64,000 nucleotides of DNA from Methanobacteriota archaeon (GTDB taxonomy: Archaea > Halobacteriota > Bog-38 > Methanoflorentales > Methanoflorentaceae): positions 864,001 through 928,000 of the forward strand of contig OY970393.1 in NCBI GenBank assembly GCA_963720465.1, read 5' to 3'. Shown here piece after piece: positions 32,046-43,764 of the stretch (positions within the stretch are counted from its first letter, which is position 1; every line of letters begins with the position of its first letter). A program made the translations under genes and the position numbers. Below the pieces are notes generated by a model. It saw nothing but the letters and a program-made list of their open reading frames with translations. It was not told the DNA's origin and did not search any database.

Positions 32046-33852
32046 CCCGGCATGGTGTGCGATCGTGCACACGCGGGGTAAGTGGCACCCCGGAGATCAC
32101 CTGATCTACCTCGATGAAAAGCTGCGCGAAATCGCCGCAGGCCGTATCAAACGCTTAATGGTATTCATGCCGCCAAGGCACGGCAAATCTGAGCTTATCT
32201 CAAAGTACTTTTCAGCGTGGTATCTCGGAACCTTCCCCAACAACCACGTGATCCTCGTCTCATACGAAGCCGACCTGGCCGCATCCTGGGGCCGCAAGGC
32301 CAGAGAGGTTCTTGACGAGCTTGGAAGCGATTTTGGCGTTACAGTGAAGCAAGAATCAAGTGCCGCCAAGCATTGGGAGATTGAAGGCCATAACGGCGGA
32401 ATGGATGCCACGGGTGCGTACGGCCCAATCACTGGAAAAGGTGCCGATGTGCTCATCATCGATGACCCAGTCAAAAACGCAGAAGAGGCATACTCACATG
32501 TGCAGCGCGAGAAGCTGTGGGAATGCTACCAATCGACGGCATTCACACGTTTGGAACCAAACGGTGCGATCATCCTAGTAATGACTCGATGGCACGAAGA
32601 CGATTTGGCCGGCCGGTTACTCAAGCAAGAGCCAGGGCAGTGGGAGGTTGTTTCGTTGCCAGCCTTAGCCGAAGCCGACGATCTTTTACACCGCGCCGAA
32701 GGCGAAGCTCTTTGGCCTGAGCGCTTCCCAGTGGAACAACTTCTGGAGAAAAAGAAGTCAGTCGGTTTGTACTGGTGGAGCGCGATGTATCAACAAAGGC
32801 CAGTGCCGGCAGAAGATGGGTTCTTCAAAAGAGATTGGTTACAGTTCTTCGATCCCGAATACGCGCCATATATGGACACGATCATCCAATCGTGGGACAC
32901 CGCGCAGACAAAAAGCAGCACGTCAGACTTCGTAGTAGGGCAAGTCTGGGGCAGAATCGGCGGTGATTTCTATTTGCTCGAACAGGTTCGTGGCAGATGG
33001 GATTTTGACGAGACCGTTGCTCAGATCAAAGACCTGTCAAAACACTGGCCCCAATGCGGCGCAAAGATTGTCGAGGCACAAACGTTAGGCGCTGCGCTCG
33101 CGTCACACTTAAAACATCAGATTTCCGGCATTATTCCAATAAGCGTTAAAGCGTCTAAGGAAATTAGGGCATTAAACGCATTACCGGTCTGGCAATCGAA
33201 AAACGTCTATATACCGGAACCGGATGATGGTGAATATGTATGGGTGTACGACTACGTTCGCGAACTGCTTATCTTTCCAAATGCCGTGAATGACGATCAA
33301 GTCGATGCAACAACGTTAGCGTTAAATCAGCTACGAGGACCGTTATTTCCCGATGCGAAAGGCTCTGTGATCGAGAATATTAACTCACAACCATTACTGG
33401 GTAGGCATTACCATATTGCATGGATTCCTGCTCGTCGAGAGGATTCGTATACGGCGCTCGTGTTCGATTTAAGCGATAACACGGTCGTTTCGTTCGGTAA
33501 GTATCTCGCAGAACCCATAGAAAACCAGATCACATCGATGTACCAACTATCACGGATGTATAACGGGGCTGTGGTTCGTGCGATAGATGACTTGGACGAG
33601 GCCTTGCTGTGGGCGTTAGAGCTGAAAGGAGTATACGTTCAACGCTTGCCGAAAGACGTCATTGAGGACATCTACAATCTTTCTACGCACTACTCGAATA
33701 GTGAGCGCTTCGGTCCCGACAGGCCACGACCGCATGGGGCAGCCGGTCATTCGAGTGGATGGATACCGATCTTGAAGGAAGACGAGGAGGAGTTTTTGAA
33801 GAATTTCGAGGAGTTATTGAGGCGGTATAAGATCGAATACATGTTTGTTTGA
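31981..33852 (+). CDS. Terminase large subunit with C-terminal extension
   Basis: Walker A MPPRHGKS, Walker B IIDDP, MTRWHEDD, nuclease SWDTA and DDQVDA. Confidence 0.92.
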   Translation: MKNSTSEPQKRSDVTSESTPYSPAWCAIVHTRGKWHPGDHLIYLDEKLREIAAGRIKRLMVFMPPRHGKSELISKYFSAWYLGTFPNNHVILVSYEADLAASWGRKAREVLDELGSDFGVTVKQESSAAKHWEIEGHNGGMDATGAYGPITGKGADVLIIDDPVKNAEEAYSHVQREKLWECYQSTAFTRLEPNGAIILVMTRWHEDDLAGRLLKQEPGQWEVVSLPALAEADDLLHRAEGEALWPERFPVEQLLEKKKSVGLYWWSAMYQQRPVPAEDGFFKRDWLQFFDPEYAPYMDTIIQSWDTAQTKSSTSDFVVGQVWGRIGGDFYLLEQVRGRWDFDETVAQIKDLSKHWPQCGAKIVEAQTLGAALASHLKHQISGIIPISVKASKEIRALNALPVWQSKNVYIPEPDDGEYVWVYDYVRELLIFPNAVNDDQVDATTLALNQLRGPLFPDAKGSVIENINSQPLLGRHYHIAWIPARREDSYTALVFDLSDNTVVSFGKYLAEPIENQITSMYQLSRMYNGAVVRAIDDLDEALLWALELKGVYVQRLPKDVIEDIYNLSTHYSNSERFGPDRPRPHGAAGHSSGWIPILKEDEEEFLKNFEELLRRYKIEYMFV

Positions 33853-33910
33853 AAAAGTTCGGCATCGCTGATGATGTTTGTTCAATACCAGCAGTATTAA
33901 AGGTAGGTGC

Positions 33911-35172
33911 ATGGCTGACGAATCACAACTCAAAATTCTGAAGCAGGGTGTTGCTATTTGGAACAAGTGGAGAGAAGACAACCCTCAAATAGAGCCAGAT
34001 CTTTCAGAAGCCCCCCTTGCAGGATATCACCTAGAGAACGTCAATCTCAAGAACGCAAATCTTCAACGTGCTGACCTGAAAAGTGCTTATCTCGACGGTG
34101 CTAGTCTTCAAGGAGCTAACTTTGACAGAGCTAGCCTCCATCGGGCGCAGCTGGTGAACGCTAAGCTCCAAGGAGCACGCTTCTACGATGCTTACCTTAA
34201 TTACGCTTATCTTCAAAATGCCAACCTTAACGACGCTTGCCTAGTAAACGCACGAAGCGTAAGGATTGACCTATACAACGCTCAGCTTAAACGCACACGA
34301 CTTCAAAACGCTGAGCTTATATCTGCAGACCTTTGGAATGCCGACCTAACAGATGCCAACCTCGATGGGGCGAAACTTAGAGGCGCGTATCTTACAGCAG
34401 CTACTTTCAGGAGAGCTAGTCTTGAGGTGCCGATCTTCAAGGAGCGTATCTTTGGGTAGCTAATTTTCAAGATGCTGACCTTGAAGGCGCGAATCTAATT
34501 AGCGCCGTCCTGCGTGAGACTGATTTTACTAATGCAACACTCAGAAATTGCAAGGTGTATAGCACTGCAGTGTGGGATATAAAGGGTGAACCAAAGGAAC
34601 AGAAGAATTTGGTAGTTAGTCCGCCAGACCGCCCAGACGAGCCAGAGGTCGTTGTTGACAATCTCGAAATCGCACAACTAATGTATCTGTTCCGAGAAAA
34701 CAAGAAAGTCCGTGAAGTGCTCAATGCAGTCACATCTAAATTAGTCCTCATCCTTGGTCGGTTTGGAGAACGGAAAAAATATGTCCTCGAACCGATTAGT
34801 GACATGCTTCGGCGGAATACGAACTACTTACCGCTCATCCTTGATTTTGAGCCGCCCGAGGGCCGTGATGTACTCCATACCGTTCAGACGCTTGCCCTGT
34901 TGTCCAGATTTGTGCTTGTTGATCTGACAGAGCCAAAATCTGCGCCGTACGAACTCAATCAGATTGCACCACTCATGATACCGATTCAGCCATTATTACA
35001 GGCTTCTGAAGAAGAGCCTGTTCTATTAGAAGATCTACGCAGAAGATGTCATTGGGTGCTCGAACCTCATTACTACGGCACTGTTGATTCGCTACTTGAA
35101 TCGTTAAGAAGAGAGATCATCACTTCAATAGAGGCCAAAGTGGTGGAATTACAACTGAAAACCCGCGTCTAG
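33911..35172 (+). pseudogene. Pentapeptide-repeat protein with C-terminal TIR/NDT-like domain, frameshifted near 34425
   Basis: A(D/N)L repeats continue in another frame (GADLQGAYLWVANFQDADLEG) into the 34555-35172 ORF. Confidence 0.85.
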
Positions 35173-35450
35173 AATGTATCATGACGGGCATACGTGAGCA
35201 AAAATCGTGTGTTTCGATGAGTGCAAAGACCATATTAGTGGAGCGTGATTTTGACGTTCATAATGCGCTCATGTTGTGGCCCCCAAGCACAGCCCGCAAT
35301 CACATCAAGGACGTCTTCGGTTTGAAGTCACCAGATTATCAGATTATTAACCTCATGAGGCAACCGATCTGACTGTTTCTCGGCACATACATAATCACAC
35401 TTCAAAATCGAAAGCTTTACTTCCAAGAATAAAAGTTCTCTCGAAGGAAC

Positions 35451-36332
35451 ATGTTTCCGACTGAGTCCTGGGAACTCATCTCATATGGACACATCCATTG
35501 CGCTCGCTTTTTTTCTGGGAAAGCTATGCAAATGGAGAAAGAATATGGCAATTCGGGAGAGCCTCTAGACAGGTTAGAGCATTTCAAAAGAAGCCTTGAG
35601 CACAGAGCATACGTGATTGGTTCTATTTTTTCTGCGGCTGCATTCTTCGATGCAATAATCAATGAACTCTTTCGAGAAGCTGATAGACGCACAAAGGGGG
35701 AATACGCGCCTCAGCAGGATCTCTTGCGGCAGTTTCTGCCTCCAGATGCCGTCATTCAAGACCCGCTCGAACCGCTATCTTCTGATGTCATCGATTCCAT
35801 GGCTTACGTTTGGAGTCTTAACAAGATCAAATCGGACGACTATACAGGCCTCTATGAAACGCTCAATTATCCTGGAACAGAAAAAGACAGTCGTCCTCGC
35901 AACTGGGCTGTTCTGGACAAGTTCCAATTAGCCCTCTATTTAGCAGGCCAGCATACGCGTACCATAAATTTTGACAAAGAGGACCCTCTGAGAAAAGATG
36001 TGGAACTGCTCATAAATTTGCGTCACTATTTAATGCACTACAGTCCCGAATGGATCGGCTTTCGACCTCACGATCAAACTTACGAAACGCAACAAGACAA
36101 AACTACTAAAACTACTCAGTGGATCAACGAACTGCGTAAGAAAAACTTTCGCAATGCATTTTATCCTGGAAAGAACGGCACCATTGTGGGCAGTAATATC
36201 TTAGTAGGCAGCGTAAGCAGTCTTTTAGGAGCAAACTGCGCTGAGTGGGCCGCAGAGGCAAGCTTAAAGTTCGTCTGTGAGTTTGCCCGAAGAATGCCTG
36301 TGAAGCTATATTCGCTAATGTATTGCGAGTAG
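35451..36332 (+). CDS. HEPN-like protein
   Basis: AAAFFDAIIN helix and LRHYLMH (Rx4H) motif. Confidence 0.6.
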   Translation: MFPTESWELISYGHIHCARFFSGKAMQMEKEYGNSGEPLDRLEHFKRSLEHRAYVIGSIFSAAAFFDAIINELFREADRRTKGEYAPQQDLLRQFLPPDAVIQDPLEPLSSDVIDSMAYVWSLNKIKSDDYTGLYETLNYPGTEKDSRPRNWAVLDKFQLALYLAGQHTRTINFDKEDPLRKDVELLINLRHYLMHYSPEWIGFRPHDQTYETQQDKTTKTTQWINELRKKNFRNAFYPGKNGTIVGSNILVGSVSSLLGANCAEWAAEASLKFVCEFARRMPVKLYSLMYCE

Positions 36333-37338
36333 GTATTGTTCTACACATAAGCGCTTGCTTGTTTAGCACCGCGTGCCTCGCTGCGCTGTAATCATCCTGT
36401 CAAAAAGGGGCAACCATTAGCCTGATAAGGCCATTTTTCTAGGTTACATTCCGCGATATTTCTCATTCCCGCTAAACAGATAAAAAACGTTCAAAATCGC
36501 AACCTTTACTTTCGAAAAGGCACATTTTTCGGCATTAACCCTTTCGTGGGGGCCTTCCTTTTGCGATCAGCTACAAAACGCCGAAAAAACACTAGAACAT
36601 TAACACAATCAGGCTAGTTTTTCGCCGCTCTTGACAGGTCGCGTGAGATCGCGATCTGTCCTTCTTTTATCCGCAGGTCGGCCTTATCACATCGTGATAT
36701 CGAGTACAATCTTAAGCTTTCACAGCATCTCTTCCCGTTTGTTTGACCGCAATCCTTTGAATTCACACGACAACGTAAACAAGTCTAGTTTACAGCAGTA
36801 TATCGCCACTGCAAGTCTACCGACTGATGGCACCTATAAACGATTAGTTATCGTGGCGGTCAAAAAGACAATGAGCCGTGCCCCCATAAGATCTCGGAAA
36901 TTTATGAATTTGGTGCAGTGCTCGTGACAAAAGTCGTTGGATTCTAGAAGTCAATATTGGGCTTTTTTATCAAGCGTGCCTCATCTTTCCTACAAACTTT
37001 TATTGCTGACCACGTTTCACGAGTAGTGATTTCCGTGAAGATTAGACAGAGCTCGCCGTGCGAGGCAGAGGAAAAGGTTGTCGAAGAAGCACGACAGAGA
37101 CTGCGAAACGCGAAGCAACGTCTCGTTGACGAGACTGGACACGCCGTGCGCGGGCTCTCGGTTGAGACACCCGGACGGGTGCTCGATTGGGGCAACCTTC
37201 GCGCGGCGCAAGAGCAGGTGACGTGTTGGGAGCAGGCTTTAGGGGGTGCTCTTCACGCTTTGGAAGAATGCCGAGCAAAGTATCGTCGTTTAGGCGAGAC
37301 GCGAGAAGCGCTCCCTGCGACGAAAGATGTCGTCGGCG

Positions 37339-37701
37339 CTATTTCGTCGGGTGGTGTCGGGAGGCAACGGCGCGGAATCCAATGAAGCTACTTGTATCGT
37401 CGAGGCGCGCTCCCGTAGCGGCGATCCAGTGAAGCGTCCAATCGCTTGTCTCACCAATGGCGCGGTCATTGAACGCTCCTCTTATTCGTATGGTTTTCTG
37501 AGCTCGTATGAGTCGCATTAATTCGAGCGTCACGTGGTTGTTGATGGTGCCTAAAACACCCGTGGTGCGCGCGAGATCCTCTTGTTCCACTTCAAAAATG
37601 ACCCACGCTAAGTCAGATTTATCCGTGCCATCAAGGTCAAGGGTAACGTTATCAACGCTTCTATACCCAATCAGTGCCCCCTCGCCAGCCATGACCATCA
37701 A
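37339..37701 (-). CDS. Hypothetical protein
   Basis: Protein-like composition, no family recognised. Confidence 0.35.
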   Translation of the reverse strand: MMVMAGEGALIGYRSVDNVTLDLDGTDKSDLAWVIFEVEQEDLARTTGVLGTINNHVTLELMRLIRAQKTIRIRGAFNDRAIGETSDWTLHWIAATGARLDDTSSFIGFRAVASRHHPTK

Positions 37702-38428
37702 ACTAGGCTGAATGTCCCGACGCGATATAAGCTTACCTCATAAGAGAACTCTCGTCCATTTTGCGCACGCCGCACCACCACGCGATTAACTCCTCCGCAG
37801 AGCATTACACGCTTATAGCGTTATTTTTCAAAAGAACGTCCGCTCTTTCGAGACGGAAGGGCAGCAGAAAGAACGACGTCACGCGTATCTTAGCCCACTA
37901 AGTAAGCGCCTAGTCCTAGGCACGATTATCGATAGGCAAGGCGGCGCGGAGACATCCCAAGGCTAAGAAATGGCCGTACGCGTAAACGCTTTAATAGCAA
38001 TCAAAAAGGCGAGAGCCGGAGCCAAGATAGGGGGAAAGATGACCCCGGCAGTTTGCCACACCACTGCCCACAAAGGAGATATGTTGTGCGTGGTGTTGAA
38101 CAGTAAAGACGCCCGAAGCGGCATAACCGTTTCCCTCAGCATTGTAGGGTGACGTTTGCCGCAGCTCTTTCCACTCATAACGCGTGCAATACCGAAAACG
38201 GGCGCTGTCCTTTAGACGCGTTTGCCGCGTCCTTGTCGCGTACCTCGTCGACAAAGCACTTATTGATGATGAGACCAGTTATACAGGCCACAAAAAAAAC
38301 ATAAGGGCGTTATCGGGACGCAGCTCTGCACAACTTTTCTGATTTCACCTCCAAAAGTGAAGTCGTGGGCCTGCGTTCCTGATACGCGCGCTTGTCTATA
38401 TGCAAGCGTGCCAAGGAGATGAGACAGA

Positions 38429-38641
38429 ATGAAAGTTCCGATGACCCCAGAAAACAAGGAGAGGTGCATTTGCATGAGCTGCCCTACCTATATGCAGAAC
38501 AGCCTTGTGGGTGGTGTGTTTTGCGCTACGGGCATGAGTGAAAAGCCGCCTGCGATGAAGGGATGTAACTGCCCCGGATGCCCTGTGCGTGCCGATTACG
38601 ACCTAGGTTACTTCTGCATGAGCGGCGCTGCTGAAAACTGA
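38429..38641 (+). CDS. DUF2769-like Cys-rich protein
   Basis: CICMSCPTY, FCATG.S, GCNCPGCPV, YFC..G; AGGAG upstream. Confidence 0.85.
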   Translation: MKVPMTPENKERCICMSCPTYMQNSLVGGVFCATGMSEKPPAMKGCNCPGCPVRADYDLGYFCMSGAAEN

Positions 38642-38650
38642 CCTGATTAT

Positions 38651-39434
38651 CTAAGAGGACGGGTTGGATATGCGCTCTGCCGGCGTTTCATTGGGCGTGG
38701 TGTTTAGCAGAGAATTGAGCTCAGCCACCCCTTTTATGGCCTTATACCGTTTCTCAGTGATTATATAATCCCCGCGTTCGCTACGCTGCAGGATCATGCC
38801 TCCCTCGAGAAGCTTCGAGAGGTGAAAGAACAGGTTACCCCCCCATGCCAGTGAGCTGAGAGAGTCCCGAGAAGGTATTGGTCGCCCCCGAAAGGGCCTT
38901 CATGATCTGAAGCCGTTGTCGGTTAGCCATCGGCTCGAGGATCTGCGTAACCGTGGTCTCTTCAGGGAGGCTCATGATAGTGTCTCTCTCGGGTTGATCT
39001 ACATCATAGATCTGCATTGATCGCATAATCGCGATCTGGCTGTCGAAGAGCCGCTCAACCTCATTGAAGCACCGCTTACACCGCTGATGGGGTGCCTTGT
39101 CGCGCATCTTTCTCAGGGATGCGACGTTCTCCTGAACCGCATCATCAGGAAATACGGTCTCTCTGCAGAGGGTCGCCGTCCCGTTGAGAACTTCAGCAAA
39201 GAGCGACTTGCAGGTCGCGCGCATCTGACAGTCCTTGACCATCCTGCTCTCAAGCCCGTGCTCCGTTTCTTGGAGGAGATGCGTGACAATGATTTCCGAG
39301 AAGTCCTTGCGGACGCCAGACAGAATCGACTCAACGTGCTGCCGATTAGAGTGCTCAGCAAAGCGTCTCAGGTCGTTGTGCACTTCGGAGAGCTGGCTTA
39401 AAAAAAGACGAATTTCGCGTAGATTCTGCTGCTA
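38651..39434 (-). pseudogene. ArsR-type winged-helix regulator with Cys-rich N-domain, frameshifted in a G-run at ~38840
   Basis: ...LSQLTGMGG then NLFFHLSKLLEGGMI..ERGDYIIT in another frame; no clear start. Confidence 0.8.
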
Positions 39435-39683
39435 AATGCGTGCACGCTTTTTTTAAACAACAGACCCCTTGTTTACACGTAGTAAGCGAGTAAATTGATT
39501 GACTCCCTCACATCCGTTATCTGTGTCTGTAAAAACTAATGATAGCAACGATTCCGATACCGAAATAACGCCATGAAACAGGTCGCAAGCGCCGGGGTTC
39601 AGAGCTTTCAGGTGAGTTTTTACACGCTCGAACGCGCTCAGAGTAATAAAAAGAAAAAAGTAAAGAGGTTAACGAAAACCCCT

Positions 39684-41597
39684 TTACGACCCCTGCAATG
39701 CCTGTAACTCCTGTATCAGATTCTGCACCTGCGGAAAGAGCTGAGCCTGCGCAGTCGCCGTCCGCACCCAGTCGTTGCCGTCCGGGTTTCCAGTCTTAGC
39801 CCAGCCGTCCATCCGCGGCAGCACTGCCTGTTGTAACGTCGTAGTCGCACCGCCGTAAACGTTGAGTTTCACCTCAAGCTCGGTGACGCTCAGCTCAGCG
39901 AGAAGAACGGTCTTGGTGCCGGGTATGAAGGCTGAGTTAGGGAGCTGCTTAATGGTGGTTCTGAGGGTGGCGAGGTCTTGTAGGACGGATGCCTTGCTTA
40001 CTAGCTTCACGCTGACGCTATTACTCGTGATGCCGGCGTACGTGTCACTGCCGGCGTAGGTGCTGCGGTACTGATAGGTGTTTGCGAGCGGCTCACTCGT
40101 GCTGATGCTGTACGCGCCGGTGGTCGCCGTGGTACACGTCTTCCCACCCACGGCCTGCCAGTTGCCGCTCACGTTCTTCTGGAGCTGTATCGTGGCGCCT
40201 GCGATTGGCGTGCCGTCGGTCGTGCTGAGCGTTCCTGCTATCATGAATGGCTTGGTGATCGCGACCACGGTGGGAGTCGCGGTGGCAGAGAGCTGCGCGG
40301 GGATCTTGTTCACGGTGACAGATACCGGTGCTGATTTCAAGGGGGCCAGCGTGCCCCACTGAACCTGCACTTGTGCATTATACTGTCCTGCGATGTCAGG
40401 CGTAAACGTGAACGTGAGCGTAAACGGTCCCGTGCCAGTGGTCTGACCACCGGAGGGTGTGGGGACCGCGCTGCCTGACGGCGTTACTAAGGACCAACTA
40501 TAGGCCAACGTCCCCGAGACGCCCGAGGGATTGTCGACAGTAGCTCGCACCGTGACCGGTTGGCCGACTCGCGCAGGGTTTGGGGTGGCCCCTATCTGCA
40601 GATCCGTGAGTTGTGGCATATATGCAGTGATTACTGCTGTTTGGGGGGTTGCCGTGAGTGGGGGGTTGCCATTGTCGGCCACCGTGCACGTCACCGTGTA
40701 GGTGCTGGCAGCCACGTAAGCGTGGGTCGCGCTCGCTTGCATCACGCCGGCGGCGACATCAACGGCGGTGGGAGTGCTGCCGTCTCCCCAGTCAAACGTG
40801 ACCGTATGGCTTTGTCCTGCGTCAGGATCGGCAAAGGTAGCGGTCGCGGTGACCGGCGTGTTGATCGCTACGGTCGCAGGAGTGACGGTGAAAGCTGTGA
40901 GTGTGGGGGCGGTGTTCGTTGCCGTTATCGTGACGGTGGCGAATGTCGCGCTCTGTACTCCGAGGCTGTCCGTCACGTTGAGGGCGAAGACGTATTGACC
41001 CGCTACGTCCGGCGTGAAGGTGGGCTGTGATGCAGTGGCGTCCGAGAGTGATTGGGTGACTAAGCTTGTGGCTGGTGCGCTCTGTATGCTCCACGCGTAG
41101 GTGAGCGGGAGGTTGTTGTCGGGGTCGTAGCTTGCGGTGCCGTTTAACGTCACCTTGGTGTTGATGGCAGCCGTCTGGTCGGGTCCCGCGTTTGCGACGG
41201 GTGGCTGGTTTTGTGAGAGTAATGCGACCACGATCGTCGCCGACCAGCCAGATCCTACTTCTCGTTGTAAGGAGGAGAAGGTGACGCTATAGTCCCCGAC
41301 GAGGTTTGCGCTGAACTCAAAGCTCCTCCCGCTGTCTGTGCTTGATCCTCCCGGTGTCGAGAGCGTCCAGGTACCTTCTTCCGTTGCGCTGAGGGTGACA
41401 TTAGTCGGCGGAACGGTCAGGGGGATGTTGACCGTTGCCCCATTGGCCACTGTCCCTGAATACGACAGGGGGTCGGTGGTCATGGAGACTGTCGTGCCTG
41501 GTTCTGCCGCAGTCTTCGGTGCTGTCTGAAGGACAACTCCAAAGGCGGTGAGCACGACCATCGTTATTAGAACAAGTGCTATGAATTTTCGTTTCAT
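39684..41597 (-). CDS. Secreted/surface PKD- and Ig-like domain protein
   Basis: Signal MKRKFIAL after AGGAGG; NQPPVANAGPDQ, FDWGDGS, Thr-rich beta domains. Confidence 0.88.
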   Translation of the reverse strand: MKRKFIALVLITMVVLTAFGVVLQTAPKTAAEPGTTVSMTTDPLSYSGTVANGATVNIPLTVPPTNVTLSATEEGTWTLSTPGGSSTDSGRSFEFSANLVGDYSVTFSSLQREVGSGWSATIVVALLSQNQPPVANAGPDQTAAINTKVTLNGTASYDPDNNLPLTYAWSIQSAPATSLVTQSLSDATASQPTFTPDVAGQYVFALNVTDSLGVQSATFATVTITATNTAPTLTAFTVTPATVAINTPVTATATFADPDAGQSHTVTFDWGDGSTPTAVDVAAGVMQASATHAYVAASTYTVTCTVADNGNPPLTATPQTAVITAYMPQLTDLQIGATPNPARVGQPVTVRATVDNPSGVSGTLAYSWSLVTPSGSAVPTPSGGQTTGTGPFTLTFTFTPDIAGQYNAQVQVQWGTLAPLKSAPVSVTVNKIPAQLSATATPTVVAITKPFMIAGTLSTTDGTPIAGATIQLQKNVSGNWQAVGGKTCTTATTGAYSISTSEPLANTYQYRSTYAGSDTYAGITSNSVSVKLVSKASVLQDLATLRTTIKQLPNSAFIPGTKTVLLAELSVTELEVKLNVYGGATTTLQQAVLPRMDGWAKTGNPDGNDWVRTATAQAQLFPQVQNLIQELQALQGS

Positions 41598-42333
41598 GCG
41601 GTATCTCCTCCTTTCCAAGGTGGAGCTATCTGAGATCGCCCAGTTTATTTTTCAGGCGCAACGTATACACAAGGAGGCACACGCAATAAGCGTTGCTTTG
41701 CCTTATCTTGCCAATATTGCCTTCTTTTGTCACTCAGAGGGCTAGCACCGGCTTCGGCCCGTGATGCGTGTCCAAGCTCCAAGCCTGGATTATTGGAATA
41801 ACCCTCATTTTTCCAATCTCTCAGCGTGCACACAGTAAAACATAAGAGCCGCCTTTGCCGCTTAGCGTAAAACGCGCAGCGTGTTTCTTTCACCCCTTCC
41901 GTATCTCCTAGCTCGTTATTTCTTTTTTGATTTCCTTTGATTTCTGGGGCCCCGTTCACGAGGTGACGCAAACCTATGAGTAACGGCCTGGAAAAGTCTT
42001 GCAGCATCAGCAATATTTGGTTTGCGATGCCATGCCTCCAAGACTTACTGCAATCGCCTTGTTTTAGGCACTATCACTAGCGTGCAAGGCGGCAACGGTC
42101 GTGAAAACGAGGCTCACTGTTGACACACCCCTACCACAAGCATCAACAAGGCTAAGACGAAGGCAAGTGCCAGCACCCCATCCAGCACCAAAGTTGATCC
42201 GACGGTGAGGAAAAACTGTAGTGCGATTAGCGGTGACAGAGCAAGCAGGAAGCTCGTCAACCAACAAAATGTGGCGCAAATATCACGTACGCGCCTTGCA
42301 CCTCCAACCTCCTCCCGTCATCAGCTTCGTTCG

Positions 42334-42550
42334 TCAAAATATCATTCTGACGTATAGATCCCGAATATCTCTGTCATTAAACTGAAGGTACACGGCCGTC
42401 GTCGCCATGGAGCTGTGGTCGAGAACCTGCTGCAACCGCCTGATGTCCCAACTATTCCGCACGCAGTGAATCGCAAACGAGTGCCTGAAGGTGTGTGGAT
42501 GGATATCTCTTCCGATCATAGCGCCATACCGCTTCACGAGGTGCCATACT
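42334..42550 (-). pseudogene. Tyrosine recombinase C-terminal fragment
   Basis: HPHTFRHSFA, LDHSSMATTAVYL; N-terminal part absent. Confidence 0.9.
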
Positions 42551-42671
42551 ATTCACAACTCCACCATCTTTAACTCGACTATCGTTAACGCTACTTCCGC
42601 GCCGTTGTAGAACCCTAAGTTATCTAAGCTGTATCCACGACGTTTGATGTCGAACGTGAATTCCCGCTTGA

Positions 42672-42926
42672 TCAGTTGATCTTCGGCTTGCTAACGAAGA
42701 GCGCCACAAGAGTGAGCAGTGACGCAATAATCGTCACGAGCTCCGCGTAGGCGGTATCGACAACGCCACCCATCACGTCACTCGCCGTCAAGATGATGAC
42801 TCCCAGGATATAGACGCCGATGAAGAGGGGCTGCACATCTCTGCTGCCGCGTACAATGTAGACAAATTGTACGATCCACCCAAGGGCTATGAGGCCGAAC
42901 CCTGCAAGCATTAACGAACTAACCAT
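42672..42926 (-). CDS. Small three-TM membrane protein
   Basis: Three hydrophobic segments, GWIVQ. Confidence 0.65.
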   Translation of the reverse strand: MVSSLMLAGFGLIALGWIVQFVYIVRGSRDVQPLFIGVYILGVIILTASDVMGGVVDTAYAELVTIIASLLTLVALFVSKPKIN

Positions 42927-43147
42927 AATTAGATTACAGCAGATAATACAGCAGATATAGGACTTTAGCGGTAGGGTAATAGGCTAATCTCAGCTTAAAT
43001 ATGCTGCTTTACAAGAAATAATCTCAAGCCCGTTCGCTATTTTGTGAAACGTCCTACCGGCCCACATGCGCCTCGTTTTGTGGAAACGCCCTAACGAGCT
43101 AAGAGTTGCGGGAGTGAGCATCGAGAGTTTGTTAAAGAAATGGGGGG

Positions 43148-43584
43148 TCATTCAGCCCGTGTTATCGTTTCTTGGTCACCGAACGTTGATTCAATCCACT
43201 CCCTGATCTGGTGCCGCACGTGCCTAAAGGAGGCACAACTGTTGCTGTCTGCTACTAAAGGCAGGAGAGGATCAGCAAAGGCGTGATGAAGATACGCCGT
43301 TCCACCCGGAAAGATGGGGCAGTTCTCCTGTGCATCAGCCACATCGTCACGACGTAGTCAAAGGATGCCTCGTCAAACACATCCAACGACTTTGCTCGGT
43401 GTGCGGAAATATCGATACCGACTTCAGCCATTAGCACAACTGCGCATCGATGCACCTCGGTGGGTTCACTTCCCGCGCTGTACGCTTCATATCGATCGCT
43501 ATACCGCGCGTTTACGAACCCTTCGGCCATCTGCGATCGTGCTGCGTTGTGTGTGCAGAGAAACAGTATTTTCTTCTTGTTCAT
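43148..43584 (-). pseudogene. arsC: Thioredoxin-coupled arsenate reductase (LMW-PTP fold), frameshift at ~43340
   Basis: LFLCTHNAARSQMAEG; VVTM then ADAQENCPIFPG in another frame. Confidence 0.88.
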
Positions 43585-43764
43585 TTTCTTAACTTGTGTT
43601 CGGCGAAGTGCAAACCTACACTAACAGCACCATAGTGCAGCACTTACTCATAGATATGGCACATAATCTCCCTAGAACGTTATCTCCTCTATAGAGACTT
43701 TAACGCTAGCGCCTTCACCGTCACTTTTTGCGACCGTCCTTCCGATGCAAAAGCCGCATCATTG

